Of a DNA stretch of 64,000 bases, positions 35,284-45,177 are shown piece after piece. Location: the IMG/VR virus record IMGVR_UViG_3300020183_000008, positions 91,271-155,270 of that record; one strand, given 5' to 3'. The stretch's first letter is position 1, and each line of letters starts with the position of its first letter. Origin of the DNA: a virus. Position numbers and translations under genes: made by a program. Below the pieces are notes generated by a model. It was not told where the DNA came from. It did not search any database and was given only the letters and a program-made list of their open reading frames with translations.

Positions 35284-38256
35284 ATGGCGCTAGAAAAATA
35301 TCTAGTCGTAAGACCGGATGGACAAGTCGAAAAATCTAAGTCAGTTGATAAAATTGATTCTAGGTCATCATCGTTTTTCGCAGCTACCCCTTCAGTTTCA
35401 CCATCTAAAGGGTTTACTATTCTTGGTGGCTACGCGGTAATCCTGAGAAATTTTGTGTCGATAAGCGATACAAACATTTCGATGGGTATCGGTGGTACTC
35501 ACGAAACTGAGTCGATTCCGGCTGGGTATTGGAATCAAGCGGCTTTCAGCGTGACTCAAAATGGAACAATCGTAAAGACCGAAGGTACACCCGCTGCAAC
35601 AAAAGAAGCTGTAGTGCCTCCTGTATTTCCTTTCGGGACGTTACCTATTTGTTTGGTGACTTATCAGGACAGTGGCTCTGGATCTGCGGGGACAATTAAC
35701 GATCTGAATCCGGCTGAGATTATCGATAGAAGACCGTTTTTTTACGGATCCTATAATCAGCCGCTCGACTATACCGATGCGATTTCAGATTTTAAGATTG
35801 ACCCTACATTTCCTGCAAGCACAGACTTGATCGTTCGATTCGGTCATATTTATTTTTCTAACGGTCAGCTTGTTGAACTACCTGAAACAGTGCTTCCACT
35901 CGGCACAGGTGGTACGTATGAAGTACCCGCGAGCCCCGCAAATCAGTTCCGCGTGGGGGTTATTTGCCTCACCCAATATAGCTCAATCGAAATAGTTTGG
36001 TCGGATCCGAATGCTGATGATATGGCACTGGTTAGACCGAATCTGCCCCGAGGAATCATTCCCCTCGCCGCTGTGACCGTTCGGGATAACGGTTCCGCAG
36101 TCGTCGGATCGATCCGCCCAATCAGCAATGAGAACATTTCAGATACCCGACCCTCGACTTCAGCTATGTTGGGTATTCTCAGAGCAGATGACCTGAATTA
36201 TGTAAAAGTTCAGTCGATGTTTCCCCCAGATAAAAGAATTACCATCAACGGGGGAATCATTTACCCATCAGCAGGACTTCTGATTGATTATGAAACTGAA
36301 ATCCTTGATTTCGGTACAGGGGTAAATCAGTTAACACCGCTGAGTAATGGTTACTGGAAACGCATTCTTATTTCATTAGATGCTGCTGGGAACACGCTTC
36401 TATTTTACTCCGCTGAAAGCAGTGACCGCGCTTCCCTAATCAACCCAATCATCCCTAAAAATGTCATACCTCTCGCGTACGTTGATGTTCAGGATGACTT
36501 TGCTGGGTTAGCCGGAAGTATCCGCCCAATCAAAAACGAGCATATTCGGGATATCCGTCCTTGGCTTGGTGCTTCTGGCAGTGGCGCAGGCGGTGTGACA
36601 CCCGCTTCATCCATTTATAGTGATTACCTTAACACATCATCTTGGGAACAAGGTTTTTATGAAGATTTCCAAGATGATGATTTGATCGATACAGATAATA
36701 CGACCGGTGATGTTGATGTTTTAGTTGACAATAATTGTACACTACAACCAGGTCAAAAAATCACAACTCTCGACATTTACGACAATTTCGCAGGTCTTGT
36801 ATCGATTGATCGTGGATTAGTTATTATTGATGCGGATAATGTGAATGACCTAAGCGTTGAACTAACGAATAACGGTGGTTTAGACTGGTTTACCGTTCAG
36901 GAAAAAGGTGTACTTGAATTTACGACGAGTGGTCTTGATTTAAGGCTCCGTCTCACGAATCAAGGTTCCTCCGATGTGGTTATCTCTAATTACGGTGTTT
37001 TTTACAACGATGATGAGATAAGTCCATCCTTTCTCTTTTCAAACGAGCGTCTTCCGTTGTTCCAGACTATTTTGGGGTCTGATCCTGAAGTCTCAGGTAC
37101 AACAGTTACTCTGAAGGATGGTCGGCAATACCCTATCGGTGAAAACGCACTGATGGTATTCAAAAATGGTTCCCTTCTTCCGAAGGATTCCACTCTCACC
37201 ATTTCCAATTCGTACAGAGAATCAAGCATGACATCGATTCAACTCCAAACGGGGTTGAATCCATCGGATCGCTTAGATTTAGTGATGCCTGCCGGTTACT
37301 TCGGTCAGACAGTGGCTCAATTTCAATCTACTCTAAGCGGTCTTGTATCTTCCAAGCATATTGTTGATGGTCTTGTCCGTACTCCATCTGAAGGTACAAG
37401 CCCTGATGTTCAAACATCTGTTAATAATGACTTAGACCCATCTGATGGTGGAAATATTCTGCTAGAGACACAGACTCATAATATTTCAACCGCAATTCTT
37501 ATTTCTAATAAGCCTACCTACATTTATGCTAAGTCACGTAAAGCGACTCTTCAGTGTTCATCTAGTTATTCATCATCAATTTTGAATATTCAAGATAACT
37601 CTGAATTTCAGTTGTCTAACGTAACTATTCGATCGGCTTCATACGCTTCATCAGCTAAAGGCATCAACTTATCAGGAACATCACCTGATGTTGTTATTTC
37701 AAATTGTGTGTTTGAAAATCTAGGAGTCGCAATCAATGTTGCATCCGGTTGTAACAGGCTTATCATCAGGGATTGCAAGTTTATAAATTGCGGAAAAGCT
37801 GTTGTCGGATCTTCAAGAGTACGGCTAGTGAACTGTGAATTAAATGGTTCAACTAACGGAACTGAGGGAGTTTTGTTTAGTGGTGAGTCAGTCATCAACA
37901 ACAATATCATCAAGAACTACTCGACCTTCGGTTTAAGAGCACAAGGTTCATCCGTTATTTCAGGTAACGCTGTATCCTTGTGTGGGGTTGGTATCCATTT
38001 GAATTCTAGCGCAGATGAAACCGTGGTTGCAGATAACATCGTTAAAAGTTGTACTACAGCGGTTCAGTCTGATGCCGATTCCAGTGTTATCAAAGCTAAT
38101 ATTTGTAAATCAAATTCAACTGGAATTATTCTCAATGGTATTGAAAACATACTTGAGTCTAATGTTGTAACTGACAATTCCGTGGATGGTATTGTGATTG
38201 GAGCCTCTGCCACAGGAAACGAAATTGGTAACAATGTTTTGGTGAGGAATCCATAA
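35284..38256 (+). CDS. Tail spike/fibre with three repeated N-terminal modules and C-terminal right-handed beta-helix
   Basis: 3 x [..IPLA.V.V.D...AGSIRPI.NE.I.D.RP]; C-terminal N/I/G-rich beta-helix rungs. Confidence 0.75.
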   Translation: MALEKYLVVRPDGQVEKSKSVDKIDSRSSSFFAATPSVSPSKGFTILGGYAVILRNFVSISDTNISMGIGGTHETESIPAGYWNQAAFSVTQNGTIVKTEGTPAATKEAVVPPVFPFGTLPICLVTYQDSGSGSAGTINDLNPAEIIDRRPFFYGSYNQPLDYTDAISDFKIDPTFPASTDLIVRFGHIYFSNGQLVELPETVLPLGTGGTYEVPASPANQFRVGVICLTQYSSIEIVWSDPNADDMALVRPNLPRGIIPLAAVTVRDNGSAVVGSIRPISNENISDTRPSTSAMLGILRADDLNYVKVQSMFPPDKRITINGGIIYPSAGLLIDYETEILDFGTGVNQLTPLSNGYWKRILISLDAAGNTLLFYSAESSDRASLINPIIPKNVIPLAYVDVQDDFAGLAGSIRPIKNEHIRDIRPWLGASGSGAGGVTPASSIYSDYLNTSSWEQGFYEDFQDDDLIDTDNTTGDVDVLVDNNCTLQPGQKITTLDIYDNFAGLVSIDRGLVIIDADNVNDLSVELTNNGGLDWFTVQEKGVLEFTTSGLDLRLRLTNQGSSDVVISNYGVFYNDDEISPSFLFSNERLPLFQTILGSDPEVSGTTVTLKDGRQYPIGENALMVFKNGSLLPKDSTLTISNSYRESSMTSIQLQTGLNPSDRLDLVMPAGYFGQTVAQFQSTLSGLVSSKHIVDGLVRTPSEGTSPDVQTSVNNDLDPSDGGNILLETQTHNISTAILISNKPTYIYAKSRKATLQCSSSYSSSILNIQDNSEFQLSNVTIRSASYASSAKGINLSGTSPDVVISNCVFENLGVAINVASGCNRLIIRDCKFINCGKAVVGSSRVRLVNCELNGSTNGTEGVLFSGESVINNNIIKNYSTFGLRAQGSSVISGNAVSLCGVGIHLNSSADETVVADNIVKSCTTAVQSDADSSVIKANICKSNSTGIILNGIENILESNVVTDNSVDGIVIGASATGNEIGNNVLVRNP

Positions 38257-39077
38257 TGTCGCTCGTTAAAATCAGCGGGATCAGAAAACTTAGAAAAATA
38301 CGCACACCTCGTGATGCTGACTTGGCAGGAGGGGTGTTCAATTTCAACTTGTATAACGGTTCCGATGGATCTGGACCTGGAAATAAAATTTTTCAAACAA
38401 GTAGAAATTTCGTCGTCGATGATAAGTCTTTGATGGTATTCAAAAACGGTGAGTACATGTATGAAGGTGTCGACTACCAAATCCTCGATGCTAGAACCAT
38501 ATTATTTACCGGAACCATCAACAGCTCAGATAAAATCGCTCTGATTGTAAACGGCGGTACTATTCTGAGGGATAACTCATCAACTAATACGTTTAATATC
38601 AATCAGCTTGCAGGAGACCTTTATAAAAATGGAACAGGGTATTTAACAAACGCAGGCAACAAATTTTTCGCTCCAAATTACAGTATTCAATCCTTAACAT
38701 CAACTGTTCATGCAGTTGTAGGCGCGAACGGTACTCATGACAACCTACAGTCTGCTATCAACGATGTTAGCGCAGGTTCGCGCATTCTTATCGATACAGG
38801 CACCTACACTTTATCATCGGCTGTGAATGTGAATAAACAAAACTTAACAATCGAGGGTGTTGGAAGAGGTGCTCTTCTCACAGGCTCAGGTGTTGGTTTG
38901 AATATTACAGCAGCAGGTGTCCTCGTTGAAAAAATAAAATTTCAAGGTTTTACGACAGCTCTCTACATTCGTTCAGAAAGCTGTATGATCAATAGAAATT
39001 GGTTCAGCGGAAATACTACAGATATTGACTATTCAACCGTTACAAAGATTGTAATGGAAGGAAACATTCAGGAGTGA
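38256..39077 (+). CDS. Short tail spike-like protein with beta-helix
   Basis: LMVFKNG module shared with the previous gene; HDNLQSAINDV..GSRILIDTGTY beta-helix cap. Confidence 0.7.
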   Translation: MSLVKISGIRKLRKIRTPRDADLAGGVFNFNLYNGSDGSGPGNKIFQTSRNFVVDDKSLMVFKNGEYMYEGVDYQILDARTILFTGTINSSDKIALIVNGGTILRDNSSTNTFNINQLAGDLYKNGTGYLTNAGNKFFAPNYSIQSLTSTVHAVVGANGTHDNLQSAINDVSAGSRILIDTGTYTLSSAVNVNKQNLTIEGVGRGALLTGSGVGLNITAAGVLVEKIKFQGFTTALYIRSESCMINRNWFSGNTTDIDYSTVTKIVMEGNIQE

Positions 39078-39086
39078 TTGTAAAGC

Positions 39087-40982
39087 ATGGCTAACATCGG
39101 TTTAAAACTAAAAGGAAACGCTGTTACCGAAGATGATAGCATACTATCGCTCCGGCTTCTTGAGCCTACATGTACGGAAACAGATACAGTTATCACTGTT
39201 AGGTCTGCTACTGCGGTAAAACAAAACGGTCAAACCGTAAAAGCATATACAGTCCCTAGAAAACCATCTGACTTCACAGGTGGATCTTTCGACTTCAGCA
39301 CTGTTTCATCAAGTATACCTGCAAATAATTTCTGCTACGCCTTAGTCACGATCAATTCAATCGACCAAATCGAAGTCGTGCTAGGTACCCCTGCTTTAAC
39401 TCTCGGTGCAGCCACTCTTCCAACGACCGCAAACTATCAAGTCGCCTTGGTCAAGTTGAAAAAAGGTGCTCTAAATCTCGATCCTATCACGAATACAGAC
39501 ATCACGGATCGTAGAGCAACCAACCAAATCAACGACCAACCTATTTTTTATGCGACAGGTGAAGAACTTGTATCAGAGCAGTACCTTGCTCAAATCGCTG
39601 ATAATTTCGTTGCTTTCCCTAACACCGATGATAGCTCTGTCGATTTCGGTACCAATAAAACATCTGTTAGTCAGTACGCCGCATCTAACTTGTTAACACT
39701 GAATTACAGCACAAGAACAGGTACAATTTCTGGTGATACAGAATTAGTTCTCTCATCCGCACCTAGTTTTTCAGTGCGTGTTGGCTGTTGGGTTCGATTA
39801 GGCTCTTCTTTTTCGAGAATCGTTACTGTTACGAATCAAACTACATTCACTTTAGCTACATCTCTCACGAACGGTTCCGGTACATTTATCATCTTGGAGC
39901 CTGTTTATACGAAAGATTTAGTGACAGAAGTTGGCAACGCGAGTCAACAAACTCGACTCTCAGATGTCTTCACCTCAAACGTAGATTCGGTTATTGTAGA
40001 CTACGATGACAGCTTATCTTTAGGTGATATTGATTGGGATGGTGGCACCCCGAACGTAGTTTGCTTGGTCTCAAATGGGAATGTGGATAATTTTATATCT
40101 GCTGTTCGACCTTCGACAAAGAACGGTTCCTTAGTTGAAACTTTCACTAACACGCCATCGAATAATCTTACTCTGGTATTCTTACCGAATATCACGACCG
40201 GTAACGGAACAGTAAATTTACTTTGGTATTCTTGCTTCCTATTTAAAGATCCTTTCATTTTCAACGGTGGTATTTTAAGCCAATCTTTTGGTTACACAAC
40301 ATCTGCCACGGGTCTAAACTGCGCCTTCAGTGTTGATAGCGGTAAAACGGTTATAACCATCACGAACAACTTCCCTAACTATGTCATGAATGTAAATTCA
40401 GGGACTCCGTTTGGTGACTTGATTGTTGAAGATTTTGGTATCGAGATACCTAGACGTACAGTAGGTGTCACCGATGACAACTTGCCTTATTACACCGAAA
40501 CAGCTTTCAACAAAATCACTCTTTGGGAAGACCTTAGCACTTCAACTCGTCAAATCACGATTAAACGTAGAACGGGAACACAGGATGTTTCATCTACGAA
40601 TAGTTTAAGGCTGAATGCTCAATATGAAGCTATTGTCGGGTCTTCTGCTAATGTGACAGCCGGAATCGCCACGCATTCCACTCTACAGTCTGCCATCGAT
40701 GCTCTAGCCTCAGGATCGCGGATACTTGTGCTTGCAGGTACCTACTCAGGTAACACCACTCTAAGTAAAAATGACATGACCATCGAAGGAAAAGGGAGAG
40801 CTACTATCCTCAGCGGAAACCTTACCATTTCAGGATCAGGTAATAATGTTTCCGGATTTAAGGTAGGCGGTGATCTAGTTTTGACAGGTAGTAATTACTG
40901 TTTTGTAAGATGTTGGCTTTCATCGACTTCAGTTTACACCCCAGGTGGAGCTGGTAATTCAGTCTCAAATATTCAAGAGTAA
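39087..40982 (+). CDS. Tail spike/fibre-like protein with C-terminal beta-helix
   Basis: N-terminal module ending ITNTDITDRR; HSTLQSAIDAL.SGSRILVLAGTY; ends NIQE like 38256..39077. Confidence 0.7.
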   Translation: MANIGLKLKGNAVTEDDSILSLRLLEPTCTETDTVITVRSATAVKQNGQTVKAYTVPRKPSDFTGGSFDFSTVSSSIPANNFCYALVTINSIDQIEVVLGTPALTLGAATLPTTANYQVALVKLKKGALNLDPITNTDITDRRATNQINDQPIFYATGEELVSEQYLAQIADNFVAFPNTDDSSVDFGTNKTSVSQYAASNLLTLNYSTRTGTISGDTELVLSSAPSFSVRVGCWVRLGSSFSRIVTVTNQTTFTLATSLTNGSGTFIILEPVYTKDLVTEVGNASQQTRLSDVFTSNVDSVIVDYDDSLSLGDIDWDGGTPNVVCLVSNGNVDNFISAVRPSTKNGSLVETFTNTPSNNLTLVFLPNITTGNGTVNLLWYSCFLFKDPFIFNGGILSQSFGYTTSATGLNCAFSVDSGKTVITITNNFPNYVMNVNSGTPFGDLIVEDFGIEIPRRTVGVTDDNLPYYTETAFNKITLWEDLSTSTRQITIKRRTGTQDVSSTNSLRLNAQYEAIVGSSANVTAGIATHSTLQSAIDALASGSRILVLAGTYSGNTTLSKNDMTIEGKGRATILSGNLTISGSGNNVSGFKVGGDLVLTGSNYCFVRCWLSSTSVYTPGGAGNSVSNIQE

Positions 40983-40986
40983 AATT

Positions 40987-41580
40987 ATGAAAAAGTATGC
41001 TAATCAAAGTCAATCGGATACTGATATTGAAAACAGAAAGTACGACACTACTTTTGAAAGACCTCCGCGCCATGACTTGAGAAGAGATCATGCACCCTTG
41101 CGTGATCCAGACCTACAGTCTGAAAAAATTCAGAAAAGAAAAGACTTGGGAGGTACATCCGTTTACCAACCAAAGAACAAAAGAGCCCAAGACAAAGGGC
41201 AACCGCAACAATTAAGATCTATTTCTGGTTTTGAGCCAAAGTTGGAAAATCTTCAAAGTTTAATTTCAATCGAAACAAAACTCGACATCTGTTTGAAATA
41301 TTTAAGTCAAGCGATGGGTGAATTTATCGCTCTTAAATCAGTGGATGTGAGCCACGATGGTAAATTAGGTGGAAAAGGTTTTGTTATGGAAATCCCAGAG
41401 ATGCGCGAACGGATGTACCATTGTGTCGAGTCCATCTCATCTCTTATTGATACTTTGTACGATGAAACGAGAGCTAAACATTGGGATTGCTTCAAACAAG
41501 AACAAAAATCTGATGAAAGCACAGAGAACCCTGAAGACAAAATAGCTTACCTTTTGCGTAAGGCTGTGACTAATACATGA
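40987..41580 (+). CDS. Hypothetical probable head protein
   Basis: ATG at 40987; in the head-gene block. Confidence 0.65.
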   Translation: MKKYANQSQSDTDIENRKYDTTFERPPRHDLRRDHAPLRDPDLQSEKIQKRKDLGGTSVYQPKNKRAQDKGQPQQLRSISGFEPKLENLQSLISIETKLDICLKYLSQAMGEFIALKSVDVSHDGKLGGKGFVMEIPEMRERMYHCVESISSLIDTLYDETRAKHWDCFKQEQKSDESTENPEDKIAYLLRKAVTNT

Positions 41581-42086
41581 TTGCTATACGAGTCGCTGAA
41601 CGATGGGTGGAGTTAGCCTATCCAAAAATAAATGTTGATGCCTACGTTAAAAAACTAAACGATGGTAGTTATCAAAGTTTATTTCAAAGCACTTACAATA
41701 AATTGCCTACGAAATGCAAGGAAATCCTTAGAGGTATCTCTGTACACTTATGCGGTGACCCGCTGATGAAGGCTGTAGTAGGACAAGATGGTGTTTTAGG
41801 CTTCTGTCGTCCTAAGGAAAAAAGAATCTTATACAACGTACAAAGATTCGAAGAGAGCCACAGAAAATCAGAAGATTTTGAATCTTTAGTTTACCATGAA
41901 ATAGCTCATTTTATGGTGCACCATTTTTCAGACAAAGAAAAAGCATTTTATTTTAAATTATTTGGAGTTGAGCCTGTCACATCAGGTGAACCTGAAGCTG
42001 ATGGGTTTGTAGCCTATATGAAAGGTCTCGCTCCGTATAAAGTCAACGAATTTTGGTCTTGGTGGGCTGTTCAAGGAATAAACTAA
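41577..42086 (+). CDS. HExxH metallopeptidase-like protein with N-terminal RVAERW motif
   Basis: VYHEIAHF...EPEADGF. Confidence 0.6.
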   Translation: MIAIRVAERWVELAYPKINVDAYVKKLNDGSYQSLFQSTYNKLPTKCKEILRGISVHLCGDPLMKAVVGQDGVLGFCRPKEKRILYNVQRFEESHRKSEDFESLVYHEIAHFMVHHFSDKEKAFYFKLFGVEPVTSGEPEADGFVAYMKGLAPYKVNEFWSWWAVQGIN

Positions 42087-42125
42087 CTTAGTATTTTATA
42101 GGTTTGTATAACCTAGGGGTCTATT

Positions 42126-42827
42126 ATGAGTAGAGACAGAATTGCTGAAAATATCTTGAAGAAAACTTTAGATGATAGGGTCATCTATAAAGAAACAGAA
42201 CCCACACAAGTGGATGGCAGTGAATATTTTCATAAAGGTCAAGTTCTTGATAGCGGTGACCAGAAATCTGTTCATCCTGAAACAGTAAAACCATCGCAGA
42301 TTTCAGAAGATCATCTTGAAGAGATTGCATCTGAAACGGTGAAAAATTTAGATAAACAAATGCTTGATTATAATCAAGAAGCGGCTGTTGAATCTGCTTT
42401 GGTTTTAACTATCCGCGATTTCATGGGTGGTTTGTACGATGGAAAAATCGATGCTGAAAACTATTTACAGTTAAAAGGTTTAGTAAAAAAGATGAAAAAG
42501 ATTGGAACTATCAGAACGGCTTCGTATTACACGAGCAAACTAGACAAGATCGCAAATGAAATTAGAGAAATGGTCGTCTCAGGTGAAATCAGCCCTGATT
42601 TGGGGTACGAACTTGAGCACGCACTTGATGAAGTCAGCGATGAAATCGAAAAAGATGTGACTGCATCGGTATTCGAAGATCATCAACTAAAAATTCTTAA
42701 AGATACTGTAAAAAACCCAAATAAATCACTTTTGGGCGGTCCTGATGCTGATGAAGCAAAAAAGATATTGAAGAAAAAATTCAAATTCACAGATAAACAG
42801 ATTTCGGATTTAGAAAATAAAAAATAA
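42126..42827 (+). CDS. Probable internal head protein
   Basis: Shares the RTASYYTSKLDKIANEIR module with the next gene. Confidence 0.65.
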   Translation: MSRDRIAENILKKTLDDRVIYKETEPTQVDGSEYFHKGQVLDSGDQKSVHPETVKPSQISEDHLEEIASETVKNLDKQMLDYNQEAAVESALVLTIRDFMGGLYDGKIDAENYLQLKGLVKKMKKIGTIRTASYYTSKLDKIANEIREMVVSGEISPDLGYELEHALDEVSDEIEKDVTASVFEDHQLKILKDTVKNPNKSLLGGPDADEAKKILKKKFKFTDKQISDLENKK

Positions 42828-42852
42828 ATTTATTGATTATAAGGAGGTATTT

Positions 42853-43197
42853 ATGAAAAGAACGGCTTCGTATTACACGAGTAAACTAGACAAGATTGCA
42901 AACGAAATCCGCGCTCTTGTAGTCGCAGGTGAGTTGAGTCCAGAGCAAGGTTATGAACTTGAATACTCACTCGATGAAATCAGCGATGATATTGAAAAAG
43001 AAGCATCTGCTCTCGAACATGAAGCTGATGAAGAATACATGGAAGGCTTCGGAAATGACCCAGCTACGATCGAAGCTGATAAAGATGAAGAATACATGGA
43101 AGAATTTTCCAACAAAGGTCAAAACGCATTCGAAGAAATGAAGAGTGCATCGAATAAACTTGATGCTCGTAAATTAGCTCAAAAGCGTAAGGCATAA
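42853..43197 (+). CDS. Acidic probable internal head protein
   Basis: Strong SD AAGGAGGT; duplicated module; internal EAD(E/K)DEEYME-like repeat. Confidence 0.7.
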   Translation: MKRTASYYTSKLDKIANEIRALVVAGELSPEQGYELEYSLDEISDDIEKEASALEHEADEEYMEGFGNDPATIEADKDEEYMEEFSNKGQNAFEEMKSASNKLDARKLAQKRKA

Positions 43198-43202
43198 TTG
43201 AT

Positions 43203-43910
43203 ATGGGTAAAATTGCAGGACAAAACAATAACATGGTAAATGCCACTGACTTTGCTGTCAGTGATGTGGTAAAAAGTGTTTCACAAGACCTCGCTGCAAA
43301 CCATGTTGGCGTTGTCACGCACATTTTACCCAAGTCAAATAAAGTTAACGTCCAATGGGCTTGGGGTAATAAATCAGAGTCTCCTGAGACTTTGATCAAG
43401 GTTCCAAAAGATTGGTACCCGCCAAGCGCCATAACCGATACATCATACTCAACTTGGGAAACAGACAAGAGCGAAAAGATGTTCGGTAAACTTCCGAGCA
43501 ACAGACGGGCATCTATCGCTTCAAAGATCGCTCTGCGTTTCACTGATAAAGAAGCTGCCGGACTCAAGTCTGAAAAATGGCTTGACCATAAATTTGAAAG
43601 TTCTTCGACGAAAACTCCTGAATTTAAACAATTCGCTAGAGACTTTTTATCCGACATCAAAAAAGTATGTGATGGGTATGAAATTGTTGAAAAGAGCGTT
43701 GGTCATTTTTATGTGAGCGGATTCTTGAAAAAAGAAGGTAAATACTTCTATTTCTCGATTTCCGATGTGCGCAGTTTTCCAGGTGAATGGTTCAACAATA
43801 TTCTTGTTCGCACTGCAAAAAATGAAAAAGACTATACAGGTGGTTCGAACAATTACGCAAAGCTCACAAATTTGAAAGATAAACTAGATTACCTTTTTAA
43901 GAGTGAATAA
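43203..43910 (+). CDS. Two-domain hypothetical protein
   Basis: Domains joined by RRASIASKIALRF. Confidence 0.7.
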   Translation: MGKIAGQNNNMVNATDFAVSDVVKSVSQDLAANHVGVVTHILPKSNKVNVQWAWGNKSESPETLIKVPKDWYPPSAITDTSYSTWETDKSEKMFGKLPSNRRASIASKIALRFTDKEAAGLKSEKWLDHKFESSSTKTPEFKQFARDFLSDIKKVCDGYEIVEKSVGHFYVSGFLKKEGKYFYFSISDVRSFPGEWFNNILVRTAKNEKDYTGGSNNYAKLTNLKDKLDYLFKSE

Positions 43911-44863
43911 TGAAATCAAAAACAGGTTTATACTGGTCTGGTAAAGGGCGTTTATTTCGTAAGCATAAAACTGATGCGGACACCCATTCATGCCCGAAGT
44001 GTAAATCTGTAATGGTAAAACGTATCTCTGATATTGATCTCATGGGTGATAGGAAATACGTTTGGGTTTGCTCTAACCCTGCCTGTTTATTCGTCGTTTC
44101 ATCAAACAAGATTGCGAATCTAGATCTTCAAAAAGTAAAAAAAGATTTGGGTGCAAGGGCTAATTCGACTTTGTACGCCATGACTGATGAAAATAACATT
44201 CTTCACATCACCGATTCTGATAAAAATATCTATGTAAATGCATCAGGTGAAATTTGGACAAGCGGTTCTGATAAATTTTATAAAACCGTTTCAAACGCAT
44301 CCAACGCTGTGCAAGAAGTGAGAAAACTTATGGCATCATCACGTATTTCTTTTGAGATTCTTGCTGAGGATGTTCTCAAAAACGGTGACCCTGTGCTTGC
44401 TGAACCTGTCTTCGAAGATTCACCTGAGCAAGTTGTAATCATCGAAGTTGGTGATGAGATTATTTCAGATTTGATGAACGAACCAGAAGTAGAAGAACTT
44501 TGCCCAGAAGACCAAGATGAAGTAGCTGTGATGGTTTTTGATGAAATACTTGCAGATAAAAATTCATCATATTTGAAAAAAATGTCAAAAAAATCATGCG
44601 ATTTTTTGAATGAAATTTTTGAAAATATGAAATTCACAGCTATTGGAAATAAAATTAAAGTATCTTTCGATGCAAAATTAGCATCTAGCAATTTATCTAA
44701 AAAAGAATTTCAAGATTTTTTGTTCTCTACCGTTAAGGATAGCGATTTATATTCAAAATTGAGCACAGTCGCTAATGAAGAGCGTTCAAAAACAGCTTCC
44801 GAGTTACCCAATTTTTTTAGAATTAGAGAAGTTATTCTTAAAGAGATTAAGGAGCAGCTATGA
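43910..44863 (+). CDS. Hypothetical protein with N-terminal zinc ribbon
   Basis: CPKC...CSNPAC. Confidence 0.7.
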   Translation: MKSKTGLYWSGKGRLFRKHKTDADTHSCPKCKSVMVKRISDIDLMGDRKYVWVCSNPACLFVVSSNKIANLDLQKVKKDLGARANSTLYAMTDENNILHITDSDKNIYVNASGEIWTSGSDKFYKTVSNASNAVQEVRKLMASSRISFEILAEDVLKNGDPVLAEPVFEDSPEQVVIIEVGDEIISDLMNEPEVEELCPEDQDEVAVMVFDEILADKNSSYLKKMSKKSCDFLNEIFENMKFTAIGNKIKVSFDAKLASSNLSKKEFQDFLFSTVKDSDLYSKLSTVANEERSKTASELPNFFRIREVILKEIKEQL

Positions 44864-45177
44864 AAAATTCTCGTATTGCAAATAACGTAGCTGCCCGATT
44901 TAAAAGAGCCTACTTAACTGTAAAGCTACCTATCAATTATGCCATAGTTGTAAATTGCAAGAAATTTCTCGAAGACAGGGACATCAGCGTAGATGATGAA
45001 ATTCTTGTTGAAATTTTATCCCGATACTTAGACTTGGTGATTTATGGTCTCTGCAACGGAAACACTCCATCTGAAGATGACCTTACGCAAGTCGCTACCG
45101 AAGTTGTCGATGAGTATAATGATGATGATTATCTCGATGATGATTTTCAAGATGACTTCGAAGAGGAAAGATTCTAA
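44860..45177 (+). CDS. Small acidic probable virion protein
   Basis: N-terminal SRIANNVAARFKRA. Confidence 0.7.
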   Translation: MKNSRIANNVAARFKRAYLTVKLPINYAIVVNCKKFLEDRDISVDDEILVEILSRYLDLVIYGLCNGNTPSEDDLTQVATEVVDEYNDDDYLDDDFQDDFEEERF

